This document shows, one piece after another, positions 23,358 through 37,460 of a stretch of DNA of 64,000 nt. The notes below the pieces were generated by a model. The model was not told where the DNA came from, made no database searches, and was given only the letters and a program-made list of their open reading frames with translations. Both the position numbers and the translations under genes were made by a program. This stretch comes from Chiloscyllium plagiosum (taxonomy: Eukaryota), in NCBI RefSeq assembly GCF_004010195.1, contig NC_057751.1, positions 8,298,404 to 8,362,403 on the forward strand. Direction: 5' to 3'. Position 1 is the first letter of the stretch; each line of letters starts with the position of its first letter.

Positions 23358-25762
23358 ACAATGACTAATCATGGTTACGGTTGATCATCTCATTCAATAC
23401 TTTGTTCCTGCTTTGTTGTCGCATAGCTTTTTATCTCATTTCTTGATTATTTGCAACCTTTTTTTTGTTCAGCTTTGAGACCAAGGCTCATGGTGGTGCA
23501 TGTTGAAAAGTGAAGAGGGAAGTTTCAGTAAAATTGATAAAAGGGGACTCCTGCTGACCAGTGCATTTCCAAAATGACAACAATCATGGTATCCGAACAA
23601 AGAGTGTGCATTGAGTTTAAGATGCCACTGATATAGATATATATACTATCATGTATAATTATCCTTCCTTTCAACTACTCTGCCCTAGATAGTGGAGCTC
23701 CTCAACTCTCTCGGCGATCCTCATTAGCTCCTGTGCATTGGCAGACAAACAGAAAAATATTCAACAAGCTGGGAAAAGCAAAACAGAATTGATCCTCATC
23801 CAGTGTGTTAATGTGTCATTTTAGAGTACAACATTAATATGAGCAGTTTTAACATCCCAGCTGTTGGATTTGTATTTATTAACAGCAATTAAGAAAATAA
23901 CATGCTCACAAATAATCATAAAATGTTAAATTTGCTCACTCATCTCTCCTATATTTTCTCAATTGCGAGGGAATGATTCCTAGGTCTGTGCCAATCTCAG
24001 CCACTGCCACTGATCAGATTGGTAAATAAAAAATAGAAAGTTCAGCCGACGTTGTCACTCCAGATCACTCCCAGCAACCCATTCAGGGGAAATCCAAGAA
24101 TGTGGACAGAAGCAGATAAAAGTTTCATAATCTCCTTTTGTTGAGCAGCTGGTCCAACACTCATTGTCTGGACTTAAGCATGAGAAAGGATCATCGAGTT
24201 TTCGAAACTGCAGGTGACTGATGGCCTTGACCTGCAAAGGGCACAAAAGATAAGTCATAGGCAGATGGTGGAGATCTTAAATTGAAGCAGATGATGCTGG
24301 AGAGGTGGGTACTCTGCAGGTCTGTCAGCTCCCGTGGAGAGAGAAGCAGAGTGAACATTGCAGTTCAGTGACCTTCCATCAGTCACCCATCTGACTGATT
24401 AACTCAGTTTCACACACTACCACTACAGCTGGTCTGTACAGGGCTTCAAGCATTTTGTGTTTTATCTTTCACTGAAGGGAGAGAGAAGGGGGAGATGGGC
24501 TGGCTGGTTGTTTGAAAATACCAACTGTCTTGGGCTTGGGGATGTTAACCTGGTCTTTGCATCATGGCAAAGCCAAGAGTGACTATCTTCTGGGAACCAT
24601 TCACCAAGAAAAATAGCAGGGCTGCTGGAAGACAGGCAAGTCAACATACTTTTGGCAATATAACATAACAGCAGGTTAGATAGAACCATTGCAGGTAAAG
24701 GGGCCAAATGGCCTCTTTCAGTGCTGTAATGATTTGTGAACAGAGTACTGGGTTCAGGCACATGTGTTGGAGATAACAGCAGCTGTGGTGCAGTCCTCAA
24801 TGTCTCTTTAATCGAACCAAAACTAGATTTGTGCAACATTTTGCTTTGTTGAACTGTTCTTTGCATGCATTCCCAACATGCACTTGACTGGACCACATAA
24901 AGTGAGCTGAAGAGGAATTGTGGGAATTTAAGGGAGGGATGGAAGAGCATGATCAAAGACAATGGGATATTGAGTGAATGGGAAGCATCATAGCAATGGG
25001 ACATCCAGGTGGCTGAGGAATCTGTAACAGGTACTGTAAGAATGAAGAGCTTGTGATCATCGAAAGAGATTTGAATATTTTTCCTCCTCAGTGGCGATTT
25101 TGGATGTTCCTTATATTGCGTTATAACCGATAAGGTGGTGGGTCTAATTTCACACAGGTAAAATTAGATTTTCTGACAATCACGGTGCATTCCTGTGGAT
25201 TAGTAATGCTTTAGTTGTGTTGAATTATACCAATGCCATCATCTACCAACATTTTAAAGGGTAGTGCTCATAAACCAGGTGTGATCTCTTGAGATGGTCA
25301 CCCTGATAATGAAAAGTTTGAATAGGAAATAATCTGAAGATGCACCTTGAAGATTCCAAGGGATAGCATTATGGGTATTTCCTTTGTCAACTTGACCTGT
25401 TTTGGGATTGTCCATGGGAAGTTGAATTGTTGATTCACCATCTCATAAACGAATGATCTTTGTCGCTGTCTCATGTTTTGCCATTGTCAGAGTTCATCAA
25501 GTACTATTTCTTCAAGTGCCCACAGCCCATTCAAAATTTAAGAACATGCTCAGTTTTTATCTCTCAGTCTCCTTTTGTTGTCCTAACTCCCATTCAGAAT
25601 TCAGAAACATGGTACTTGTGTGTCACCTGTACTGAGCCATGCAATACATTTTTGGATTGTTTCAATAGATAAATACTTTGCCCAATATGGTATTGAGCCT
25701 TTCAAAACAAAGTGCCCTTATTTCGGCCTTCATCTGTAGTTTGCCTTAGTCCAGTAGTGACT

Positions 25763-26502
25763 GGGTCACAATAATATTCAGGAGAAAGACTGGTACAAAT
25801 GGATTGACAGTCAAAGGGGAGTGTCTGTTGTCCCTGTGAAACTACAAGACAGCAAAGCTTTTATTTCAAAAGAGGAGAGCAAGAAATTGGAAATGGAATA
25901 AAATAGTCTCACGTGCACACACTCTCACTCTGAGATACACACTCTCACAGACACACAACTCTCACTCTCTCAAGTGCGGACACACACCTCTGTCTCTTGA
26001 TGTCAAACATTTCTCCCTCACACACACACACACACAAACACACAAACAAAATCTCCCTCTCACATAGATTCATACTCTCACATTTGCACACACATCTCTC
26101 CCTCTCTTTCACATACACCCTATGTCTTTCTCTCATACACACATCTCTCTCTCTGACACACTCTTACACCCATCCAGATGCCTTTTAAATGCTGTAATTG
26201 TACCAGCCTCCACCATTTCCTCTGGCAGCTCATTCCAGACACACACCACCTGAGGTGTGAAAACGTTGCCCCTAAGGTCCCTTGTCAGTCTTTCCCCTTT
26301 CACCTTAGACCTATGCCCTCTAGTTTTGGACTGCCCCACCCTGGGAAAAAGACCTTGGCTATTCACCCTATCCATTATCCCCCATGATTTTATAAGCTCT
26401 CACACAGTACATTTATACACAGAGAGCTGTTCTGCCTGCAGCCCCAGGTCAAATGTCAGAGGCTGCAGTTGAGTTGGAAAGCACAGCGCCCCAGGTGATG
26501 TT
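25763..26502 (+). repeat. Source copy of a 740-bp local duplication (contains CA/CT microsatellite and a minus-strand CR1 fragment)
   Basis: Near-identical to 26872-27611 (offset 1109; three substitutions seen). Confidence 0.95.
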
Positions 26503-26871
26503 AAGTTACAGAATTTAGCTCAGAGTCCACCAGACATCTGTGATGTTTGCACTCTCAACAACAGAACCAAATGCCACTGGGAGAATGGAGTTTTGAATCT
26601 CCTGCAGGAACATCTCCACAGGCCTCTCTGCCTCCACACAGAATGCCCAGTCATTTACAGCTGAAAACAAGTATCTCCCTGACCCTGCTTGACGACAGCA
26701 GTAGCGATACAGTTTATTTATCATCTCCCAGCACATAATAATTGTTTTCATTTAAAGAAACAACTGCCACCAGGGATAAAGCATTTGTCACACAGGGAGC
26801 TTGCAAACACACTTGCTTTTCTTTTGCTGAGAATAGAACAGCGAACACTCAAAACAAGCAGATTACAAAAG

Positions 26872-27611
26872 GGGTCACAATAATAGTCAGGAGAAAGACT
26901 GGTACAAATGGATTGACAGTCAAAGGGGAGTGTCTGTTGTCCCTGTGAAACGACAAGACAGCAAAGCTTTTATTTCAAAAGAGGAGAGCAAGAAATTGGA
27001 AATGGAATAAAATAGTCTCACGTGCACACACTCTCACTCTGAGATACACACTCTCACAGACACACAACTCTCACTCTCTCAAGTGCGGACACACACCTCT
27101 GTCTCTTGATGTCAAACATTTCTCCCTCACACACACACACACACAAACACACAAACAAAATCTCCCTCTCACATAGATTCATACTCTCACATTTGCACAC
27201 ACATCTCTCCCTCTCTTTCACATACACCCTATGTCTTTCTCTCATACACACATCTCTCTCTCTGACACACTCTTACACCCATCCAGATGCCTTTTAAATG
27301 CTGTAATTGTACCAGCCTCCACCATTTCCTCTGGCAGCTCATTCCAGACACACACCACCTGAGGTGTGAAAACGTTGCCCCTAAGGTCCCTTGTCAGTCT
27401 TTCCCCTTTCACCTTAGACCTATGCCCTCTAGTTTTGGACTGCCCCACCCTGGGAAAAAGACCTTGGCTATTCACCCTATCCATTATCCCCCATGATTTT
27501 ATAAGCTCTCACACAGTACATTTATACACAGAGAGCTGTTCTGCCTGCAGCCCCAGGTCAAATGTCAGAGGCTGCAGTTGAGTTGGAAAGCACAGCACCC
27601 CAGGTGATGTT
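26872..27611 (+). repeat. Derived copy of the 740-bp duplication
   Basis: Lies with a family A element inside the TSD CAGATTACAAAAGG (26859-26872 and 27700-27713). Confidence 0.95.
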
Positions 27612-27702
27612 TCCTGAAGAAGGGCTTATGCCCGAAATGTTGATTCTCCTGTTCCTTGGATGCTGCCTGACCTGCTGCACTTTTCCAGCAACACATTTTC
27701 AG
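27611..27702 (+). mobile_element. Family A PLE/hammerhead arm
   Basis: TTCCTGAAGAAGGGCTTATGCCCGAAATGTTGATTCTCC...ACACATTTTCAG. Confidence 0.85.
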
Positions 27703-28689
27703 ATTACAAAAGGTGGCAAGAAAAAAGAAATAGCGTCACATTACACCTGTAGACATTTCGTCAAAACCTGAGTCCTCCACAAAGCATGAATGAGTGAGCA
27801 ATGATTCCAACTGCCTGCATTTTCTGATATTATTCATGGAGTTAGCCTTGCGATGGGATAAAGCTCCCAATTCTGAACGGGCTACCTGCCAAGGTCCATT
27901 GCATACTGAGGGATACATTTGACCTTTAGCACGGCAAGTGCAGCACCGCGTACTCCCCGAATCAATCCTGAGAACCAGAGTGTGGAGATCTATGAGCCCA
28001 ACTCTCAGCATTCTCTGACCATGAAAGTTTTAATTCACCAGCAAAGTTTCAGAGCACCACTTCAGATCGAATTTCACAACAGTGTAATCTCACTTAAATC
28101 TTTGATTGTTTTTCATCATGGCCTGGTCGCTTGCATTCCTGTCTGAGTCATTCAGTTGACTTTTCTGTTGTCAAAGGCAGTCATACCTGTAAGGTCTTGG
28201 TAGCCTTAAGAGATACATTCGGCCCATCAGGACATATGATGCAGGACTCATATTCATTTTGCAGAGTAATGGATGCAAATTAGCAGTTTGCTTATGCAAG
28301 TGGGTATAGACCATTTTGTGACATTCCATGGTCCTGTAATGCAAATATTGTTCTTTTTCCAATAACATTTGCAAAATAGACAGCAGTGACCACTGCACTG
28401 TAAACTTATGAAAATATAACGTCTTACAATAGAAATGGCCATCTAACCAAGACCACTTAGTCCTTCAGTGTGCCTGGGCTGCACATCAACTTGTCCCCGG
28501 TTTGCTGATTCACCCAGACAAGAGCTCCCCAAAATCAAGTTTGCACTGGGCTTGAAAGTTTTCCATTTCTTGCTGTTACCTGTCAGGTCGCACTTCCTGG
28601 AGAGAGTGAGGACAGAGGAATGGCTGATTTAGGAGTCATTCAATGGCAAAGAGGGAATTCAATCCACATAATTATGAGGTGGTTCACTT

Positions 28690-29460
28690 AGACAGGACAC
28701 ACAAGGCAAGAGAATACATGGTGAACAGAGGGTCCCTGGGAACCACTAAGGATCAGAGGGACCCTTGGTGTGCATGTCCACTGTCACCCAAAGGTAATGG
28801 GACAAGTTTATGAAGTGATTAAAAAGGCGTCTGGGATACTTGTCTTTATGAGGAGAGACAGAGAGTTTTAAAGCAGGCAGGTTATTCTGGAAATGTATAA
28901 GGCATTGGTTATTCCACAGCAAGAAAATTGTGTGCATTCTGGAATCTGTGTCACTGGAGGGGTGTGACTGCACTACAGAGTGTGCAGAGGAGATTTTCCA
29001 GAATGTTGCCTGAGCTGGGGGAGGTTCAGTTACAAAGAGAGATCGGACAGACCAAAGTTGTTTTCCTCAGTGGAGAGGAGATTGAGAGGGTACATGACTG
29101 AGGTGAATAAAATTGAGGGGCACAGAGTTGACAGGTAGAAACTTCTCCTCTGATGGAAGGATGAATGCACAGGGAAGCATACATTGAAGGTGAGGCGGCA
29201 GAAGGTTTAAAGTAGATGTTAGGAATTATTTTTCACCCAGGGAATGGTGGGCATCTGCAACTCACTGGCAGTAAAGGTCGTGGAGGCAGAAACCTTCAAA
29301 ACATTGATGAACTATTTTAAAGTATATTTATAGTGACAAGGCAGATGATGCTGTGGACTATGTGCTGGAAACTGGGATTAGAATACTTGGGTGGCTGTTT
29401 TTGACTGGTGTAGACTCTATGGACTGAAGGAGTTTTGTCTGTGCTGAAGATCTTTATCAC
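28690..29460 (+). mobile_element. Old CR1 3' fragment
   Basis: CAGAGGGACCCTTGGTGTGCATGTCCA; GTGCAGAGGAGATTTTCCAGAATGTTGCC; decayed 3' UTR. Confidence 0.7.
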
Positions 29461-30199
29461 TTGAGACCTACAGGGTCAAGAAACGCAGCAATCCAGTTGG
29501 AACAAAGACGGACAGTGACCAAATGCAAGCTTTTTCTAAAACTGTGACAGCTGTATGACGAGAGAAATGTTGCTCATATGCACTGGTCTTCAGTAAATTC
29601 ACCTCAAATCAATGTCATCTGGGCTAAAATCATGCAATTTACATCCCATTTGCTGACATTGGCCGAAGCACAAAGTCCACTCCAACATTTAATAACACAG
29701 GAGATGGGCATTCAGCTCATACGGCCTGTCAGCTCTGTAGGACAATTCAGAACTCACGCGCTCAAAGTGCAGACCCAAAAGTAGATTAACTGGTCACTTG
29801 CTTCACTGCTATTTGTGAGATCTTGCTGTGCACTCAACAGGTGCTGCAACTGTCCACAGGCATAAGCACTCACATCGTGAACCCTTTTAACCTTGCCCAC
29901 TTCAATAAAATCAGCAGACTGTTCTGACTCAAATTGCAGCACACAGTATTTCATGACAACTCAACAAACTGTGTCGATGTACTTTCTCAACTGGGGACAT
30001 GCTGAGTCTCTAAACCATCGATCCAAGATTGCTCAGCCAGAATGACTCTTTGCATATTGTTCCACATGGATATCTGCACTCATGACATTACAACACAGGT
30101 TGAATATCCTAGATGAGAAGCACTGGAATGGTTCAGGCGGGAAGCATGTCTAATTAACTGGCCACATGCTTACGCTGTCCAAGTGGACTGGGTTTGAGT

Positions 30200-30900
30200 G
30201 GAATGGCCAACAAATTCCAAGGCTGCAAGAGTTGGACAGAGGCTGTGATTTCCATGGTGAGGAACTCATCCCCCCAAAGCCTGTCCACCATCTGCAAGGC
30301 ACAAGTCAGGAGTGTGATAGGATACTCTCCAATGGGTGCAGCTTGACAAGGCTGATATGTGGAACGACCTCCACCATTTGCTCCTTCTGCCCAGTGACAG
30401 AAACATGTACAATTAGCACATGCTGTTCAGCAAACTCCCAATGCTCCTTTAGCAGAACACACAACCTATGCTTTGCTCTCTCTGATGTCCCAAAGAAACA
30501 TGGGTGGAATCCTTGGAACTTGCAGAAAGATCTTAAGTTTCACAGATACATACGTCCTCTCAGCTGATTAAGACCTTTTGCTCTGTTCCAGCTCTGTCTA
30601 TTTAATCATTTGACCCTGAGACCATCAGTACACACATGGCTAATGCTGATCCCATCAATAGACCACCTCCACCATCTTGTAGGACAAGGCCAGCAGATGC
30701 CTGGGCATACTACCAGGCCACACGCTGTACTGACTCAATAGGAAATGACAGTTCCTTCACTTTTGCTGGATCAAACTCCTTCCTTCCCTCCCAGAGAGCA
30801 CTTACACCACAGCAGTGCAAAGTGGCAACTCACCACTACCTTCTCCAAGACAATTAGACTTGGGATAATGAACATTGGCCTAGCCAGCAATACCCACAGC
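30200..30900 (+). mobile_element. CR1/L2-clade LINE 3' fragment (second LINE family)
   Basis: CCACCATCTGCAAGGCACAAGTCAGGAGTGTGAT...ACTCACCACTACCTTCTC..TGGCCTAGCCAGCAAT; similar to 57405-57710. Confidence 0.55.
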
Positions 30901-31685
30901 ATCAAATTGTAGAGTTTCTACAGTGTGGAAAATGGACCTTCAGCCCATTGCGTCCATGCTGGTCATCAAGCTGCTTTTCCATCCTATTCACGTTTCACAG
31001 TGCTTCCTACAGACGATATTTTATTTTAAAAGTCCAGTCACTCATTGAGCAAGATGGTGAGGTCAAACAGATAACTTCAGGCAGAGCTGCTGACTTCCAA
31101 CTGCTGATAAACAGACTTTAGTAATGGTCTTCCAAGGAACTGGGAAGATCTGTAGTTTTATGCCTTGACCTACGATCCCTTTCAACTTGGCTTGAGTCTG
31201 GTGCAACAGTTGGAACGATAAACATTGGCCAGAATATTAGAGAAGAAGAAACAGGAATCAGTCATCTGTTCCTTGTGGCTGATCCACCATCCCGTCAGAT
31301 CAAGACAAATCTCACTAGGAATCTTAACTTTGTTTTCCTGCTTGCCACCAACCTCCTCCCCCACTCCCCCACATCTGCCCTCCCCCAATTCCCCCACATC
31401 TGCCCTCCCCCACACCCCCGGCCTCTAGGCCTACCTCGAACCTTTGACTTCACCGTGAGTAAAACGACTGCACAATTCAACCTTGAATTGCATTACTCAA
31501 CAACCTAGCATCCACTTCTTTCTGTGATACTCTGTGGAAACACATCCAATTCTTGTGATCCTGTCAAAGTTGCCACGCAGCTGTCATCATAGAGTTTTAT
31601 TCATTCTTCAATGCAACTTGGGCATGGTTGGTACATGTTGCTTCTGGACTGTGCCCTGGTCTTCCTGGGAACAAATACGTGAGCC

Positions 31686-32170
31686 CAGGTGGCTGGATGC
31701 TGGTTTGTAATGCCAACAAATGTGGGTTCAGTTCCCCTACTGGCTCACGTCACTGTGAAGTCCCTATTTCTCATGCTTAACCTCAATAAATGTGCTGGTG
31801 AGTAAGTCACTGCTGACTGGGGCAGTATGGTGGCTCAGTGGTTAGTACTGCTGCCTCACAGCACAAGAGACCAGGGTTCAATTCCCGTGTCGGGGGAGAA
31901 CGTGTGGAGTTTGCACGTTCTCCCCCTATCTGTGTGGGTTTCCTCCCACAATCCAAAGATGTGCGGATCAGGTGCATTAGCCAGGCTAAATTACCCATAG
32001 TGTTAGGTGCATTAGTCAGGGGTAAATTTAGGAGAATGGGTTACTCTTTGGAGGGTCGGTGTGGACTTGTTGGGCTGAAGGGCCTGCTTCCATAGTGTAG
32101 GGAATCTAATCCAATTAATTCACCACCAGTCATCCCTCTCTGATCAGAGAATAGCGAATGGAGCTACAGC
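31686..32170 (+). mobile_element. Second-family SINE interrupted by HE1
   Basis: Head at about 31686-31780; remainder CACCACCAGTCATCCCTCTCT after 32118. Confidence 0.5.
31819..32110 (+). mobile_element. HE1/V-SINE
   Basis: TGGCTCAGTGGTTAGTACTG..GGGTTCAATTCCC..GGAATCTAAT. Confidence 0.85.
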
Positions 32171-33888
32171 AACATCAATTTTCAAGTAAATGATTTTCTT
32201 TTGAAATTTCACACTTGGGCTACAGCAGTGAAATTTGCATTAGTGACGACGTGTCACAATTTCAACATTGTCAGCAAGAGAGTGAGGAGTGAGATGAGGA
32301 GAAACTTCTTCATTCAGAGTTGTTAGGGTTTGGAATGCTCTGCCTGGCATAGTGATGGAATTGGATTCCAGATGAGGTTTCAAAAGAGAGCTGCATAAAT
32401 ATATGAAAGCGATGAAGTGAGAGGATGGCAGAGATAGGACTGGAGAATGGGGCGAGCTGGGTAGCTCTTTTGGGAGCTGGTACTGTTCTTAAAATTCAAC
32501 GATTCCAATAGGCTGTTAGGAAAATCTAGTCGGAACTGAGTAAAAATTAATGATCTTCTGAGAGAGGAAATTCCTTCTCAACTCCAATACCCATTCTCTT
32601 TAATTTGTGCTCCCTTGTTCTACATTCTCCCATCAGGGGAAACGTCCTCGAACTAATCAAGCCACGACAGAATCCCGGAGGTTTCTGAAGGAACTCTGAC
32701 AGTCAGGAAAAGGCCCTTGCAACAAATTGACAGATCAGAGCAATGCTAATAAACGAGCAGTTTTGTTTCAGGGGAACCATGAAAACGGCTTGACACAGGG
32801 GACTGAACCATCGCTTCAGGTGTGTGGGTCCGATGTGGGTTTTGTGTCACGTGATTAAGCTGCAGTGCCTCGGGGAATTGCACCGTGCACCTGTGTTGAT
32901 GAAGCCAGGGGAGGTCCTGATGTCAGTTCTGACGAGTGAGTCCACTTTCCATCCTGAGACATGCGGAAGGAAATGCTGCAGAACACACTGGACAAACCCG
33001 CTCCCCCACCACCCCAGCGCCCAACCTCAGTAAGTGTCACCAAACAGGCTGAAAGGTCAACCAGCACTGAGCCAAGTTGGCAGAGATTTTCATTTGGAAC
33101 AGTGGCTCAAACAAATGCATTTTCTGTTCAGACGTTGAGAAATGCTCATTCATTGCGCCATCCTTCCTTAAATTTTAAAAATCAGCATCCCACACATAAA
33201 GGTCTCGGAACTCTCTACTTCAAGATCCAAATGCGTGAAGGCTGCAACTGTCAGCCCAAGTGCTTAATTACAATAATGTATTTTGAAATGCACTGTAAGG
33301 TCTGGTTTGAAATCTACTTTAGCTAAATTATATGTCATGGCTCTGCAGACTGATGACACCACCCAACGTTTTAGAAATTGCTTTAGAGCTGCAATCATCA
33401 GACCCGACAACTTTCATTGCATTGACAGAGAAGCTGTAAAGATAGGGTGGATAATGCATAGTCATTGAACATGAAAGGGTTTACGGACTGGCTGAGGCTC
33501 TTTTCCAGGGGTTAAGCAGACGGCTGATGATAGCTGACAGGCAGGAGGAGGATTGCCACTGAAGGAACTGCTATCAAAGATGGAGCACATAGAATTGAAA
33601 CTATGCTCGTGTTGGAAGTGCAAAAGGAATTTTATTCATTCAGAGGACGTAAGGGTTGCTGGCCAGGCCAGCATGTGCTGCCTATCTCGAAGTGCCCTTG
33701 ATAAGGTGGTGGTCAGCTGCCTTTTTGAACCACTGCTGCTCATTTAGTGTGCAGAAATGTACAATGTCCTGAGAGAGGGATTTCCAGGATTTTGACCCAG
33801 CCACCTTGAAGGAACAAGTGATGGGTTTGCTGATGTTAATGTTTTAATATTTTAAAATAAGTAATTTTCAATATAGACTTTTAGAAGA

Positions 33889-34493
33889 TATTATGGACCA
33901 GACCAGACCAGACCCCCTCAAAATATTCACACTAAGGTAGCTGAGACCCTAACTTTTTCTTAGTTTCAAGACAGATGTGAAGTTCCCGGTGCAAAGTCAC
34001 TGCTTAAACAACTGAAAATGAAGCAAAATACAATTTGTTTAAACACTGTAGTTAAAACACAAACAAAGAAAAAGGAATTTGGAACAATGTAGCTTTATTG
34101 GAAATTTAACAGAATAATAGGTAGAGTAACTATTACTAATTAACTGTTCCAATATAGTAACAACCCATACAGACACCCCTTGGGGAAAAGAAAGGAAAAT
34201 TCAGACACAGATTCTCACATGCAGTTCTCCAATCCAGGAGGGAAAAATAAATTGAGAAAATTTAAAGAGAGTAGCAACCAGGAGACATTCACTGAAGCTT
34301 CTAACTCTGTTGCTGCTGCTCAGAAACCCTGATCTGCTGGCCACACTCACTCAGGCTATATTAAAATAATCCCAGGCCTCCCAGGCTGTTTCCTCAAGTG
34401 GTGTTTTCAGCAGACAGCTCTGAACTTCTGCCTTACAACCTCTCCTCAAAGAAAAAGGACAAAATAACCTTTTAAAGTGACATCATCATCACA
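33889..34493 (-). mobile_element. Solo LTR
   Basis: Reverse complement begins TGTGATGATG..TTTAA and ends GGTCCATAATA; flanks GAAGA/GAAAA are a possible TSD. Confidence 0.65.
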
Positions 34494-35019
34494 GAAAAAG
34501 TGACAAAGCTGAATAAAACAAGGTTCAAGTCATCAAGCTGGGGAGCCTGCAATCAAACCTTCCATCACCAAAGGTTACTTGGTCCATGAGTTGACATTAG
34601 TAACTTCACTCCCGTCAGCAACTCAACAATAAACAAAGTTACAACATTCTTTTTGCCCCTCACAAGGACACAGCGAGAAATCTTTTTTTTTTGCAAAACA
34701 AAATACAAGCACAGTACAACCCTCTGGTTTTGGAACAATGCAAATTTGGAACTTGTCAAATTTAATCAAGACAAAATAGAAGGCAGACCAGGACATAGAG
34801 TGGGAGTCACCCTGAAGGGAATAATGAAATTGTTCCTGTTGTTGCAAAAAGCATTTACTAATTCCAGACTCCACTACAGTGACAGCCACTGTGAGGAGGG
34901 TTGTTTAAGAATGAACCTCTGTTTGCCAAATTCAGCAGTGGTTCTGGAAGGATTCATGTTTGGATTGCAGTCTATTCACTGATTTTCTCCTTGAAGTGGT
35001 TTTAAACAATCTAAGTGAA

Positions 35020-35672
35020 GCTGTCCTGGGTGATGAGTGGAATGGAATGTTATAGCTAAGGGAATAGAACATACAAGTAAGAAAGTATTGCGGCAACAAT
35101 AGAAGGTATTAGTGAGTCCGCACATGGAGTACTGTGCACAATCTTGGTTCCCTTATTTGAGGAAAGATGTAGTGGCATCGGAGGCAGTTGAGACGAGGTT
35201 CACTCAATTGATTCCAGAGATGAGGGGTTTGTCGTATGAGGAGAGATTGAACAGCTTAGACCTCTCCTCTCTGGAATTTCAAAGAATGAGGGGAGATCAA
35301 ACCGAAGCATTCAATATGATAAAAGGTGCTGCAAAAAGCAGACGTGGAGCGGATGCCTCCTCTTGTGAAGCATTTTAGGACGAGAGGTCATAGTCTTAGG
35401 ATAAGGGTTACAAGTTTAAAAGGTTACAAGAGTTGGGCAGAAACAAATTCGCACAGAGGGTTGTGAATCTGTAGAATTTGCTACCCCAGAGTGCGGTAGA
35501 TGCTGGGACTGTGAGGAAATTTAAGGAGGAGTTAGAGAGATTTATAATTGGGAATGGGTTGAAGGGATATGGAGAGATGGCAGGAAAATGGGAGGGAGGA
35601 GCATATCAGCCATGTTTGAGTGGAGGAACTCAATGGGCTGAATGGCCTAATTCTGCTCCGATATCTTATTAA
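35020..35672 (+). mobile_element. CR1 3' fragment
   Basis: PHMEYCAQSWFPYLRKDVVA...RFTQLIPEMRGLSYEERL. Confidence 0.85.
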
Positions 35673-36409
35673 CTTATTTATATGGCTGCAGTTTCAGCTG
35701 AGATGCATCTTCTTGTGAGTCATGGAAATGGCTGTCATATTTGCTAATCCTGCTCCCATTTGCTGTGTGATCTTCTGCCCAGGTACATCTGTTTGGGTTC
35801 AACACTGAATGGTTGAGGAGAAGGCAAGCTCAAGAATTGCCTTTTGGCTTGGGCTCCTTTGAAGCATTGTTTATTATGTCTTCAGACTAAACATTGCAAC
35901 ACCTCTGGCATTCAGAAACATACCAGGCTCTATTTTTAATGCTACATTTGAGAAAATAGTTCATGAACTCCACCATCCATTGTTTACTGATCTACTCCAC
36001 ACGGGTCTCTGAGCAGCTATCTAACAACCACCGGGCTAGATCTCAGGCTTCTGCCAGGATGTCCATATGTTGTTCTCTCCTTTTCTTAACTCCACCAATT
36101 CTGCACTACTTATGCCGAGTTCAGAACAGCTCTGTGACATCATCACACTTTTGCTCCAGGGTCCCAAGGCCCTTTTACAACAAGCTCCTGTTCAGGTCTG
36201 ATGGGAGGTGAATGTGTTCCAGTGCCAACCTCTAAGTCTCAGTGTCTCTGGTGTAACTCAATGGTGTTGGTCCAGAAGGTAGCTGCTCTTATAGGTACAA
36301 CTGTCCCTGGAGATTCATCCAAACTATTTGTGACACCTTCAGCAAAGTGAAGAGACATAAAATAATGCGTATTTGTAAATGACAGTACATGATATAAGAG
36401 TCGGATTTA

Positions 36410-37460
36410 CCAGAAGAGCAAAATTAGGCCATTCGGTCCATCAAGTTTGTTCCACTATTCAATCATGGCTGATATGTTTCTCAATCCCATTCTCCTGAGT
36501 TCTCCTTGTAACCCATGATCCCCTTACTATTAAAAACCTATCAGTTTTGGTCTTAAATACACTCAATAACTTGGCCCACACAGCCCTCTGTGTCAATGAG
36601 TTCCACAGATTAATTCTGTGGCTGAAGAAATTCTATCTCATTTCACTTCTAAAAGATCGTCCCTTCACTCTGAGGCTGTTCCCTTGTGTATGAGTCTATC
36701 CTACTAGTAGAAACATCTTCTCCACGTCCACTCTCTCCAAGCCTCTTTAAGATACAATGAAATCCCCCCGATCCTTCTGAACTCAACGAATACAGACCCA
36801 GAATGCTCAACAGCCCCTCATATGACAAGCCCTTCACATGGTTTACTACCTGAAACCTTTTTGGTTTTGTTCACTGGTCAGTACGTTCATGGCTGCTTTT
36901 TCACCTCAGCACCACATTCCTGTAGTATCCCCACATTCTTCGATTTTGTTCCCGTCCAAATATTTTCAATTACAATTGAACTCTGAATGCCAGACCAACC
37001 ACAACCGTTTGTGGTAGAGAATCCTACCCTTCAACGTACCATAAAAGCATAAGAACATAAGAAACAGGAGCAGGAGTAGGCCATCTGGCCCATCGATCCT
37101 GGTCCACCATACAATAAGATCATCGCTGACCTTTTCATGGACTCAGCTCCACTTACCCACCCACTCACCATAACCCTCAATTCCTTTGCTGTTCAAAAAT
37201 CGACATATCTTTGCCTTAAGAACATTCAACGAGGTAGCCTCAACTTCTTCAATGGGCAGGGATTCACAACCCTTTAGATGAAGAATTTCCTCCTTGACTC
37301 ACTCTTAAATCTGCGCCCTCTTATTTTGAAGCTATGCCCCCCCCAGTTCTAATTTCACCAGCCAGTGAAAACAACCCTTCTGCTTCTACCTTATCGATTC
37401 CCTTTATGTGTTTCTGCAGGATCCCCCTCATTCTTCTCAATCTATTCTCTAAATCTCTTC
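36410..37460 (-). mobile_element. Two CR1 3' fragments (about 36410-36840 and 37045-37460)
   Basis: KGLSYEG..LGLYSL and KGIDKVEAEGLFSL on the minus strand; AGGAGTAGGCCAT.TGGCCCATCGA tails. Confidence 0.75.

Noticed and set aside
24462..25004. 180-aa minus-strand ORF
   Set aside because: Overlaps decayed repeat-like sequence; no domain recognised
25763..27611. Duplication as a pure assembly artefact
   Set aside because: Copies differ at three positions, are separated by unique sequence, and the second is bounded by a TSD with an element; long reads are still the decisive test
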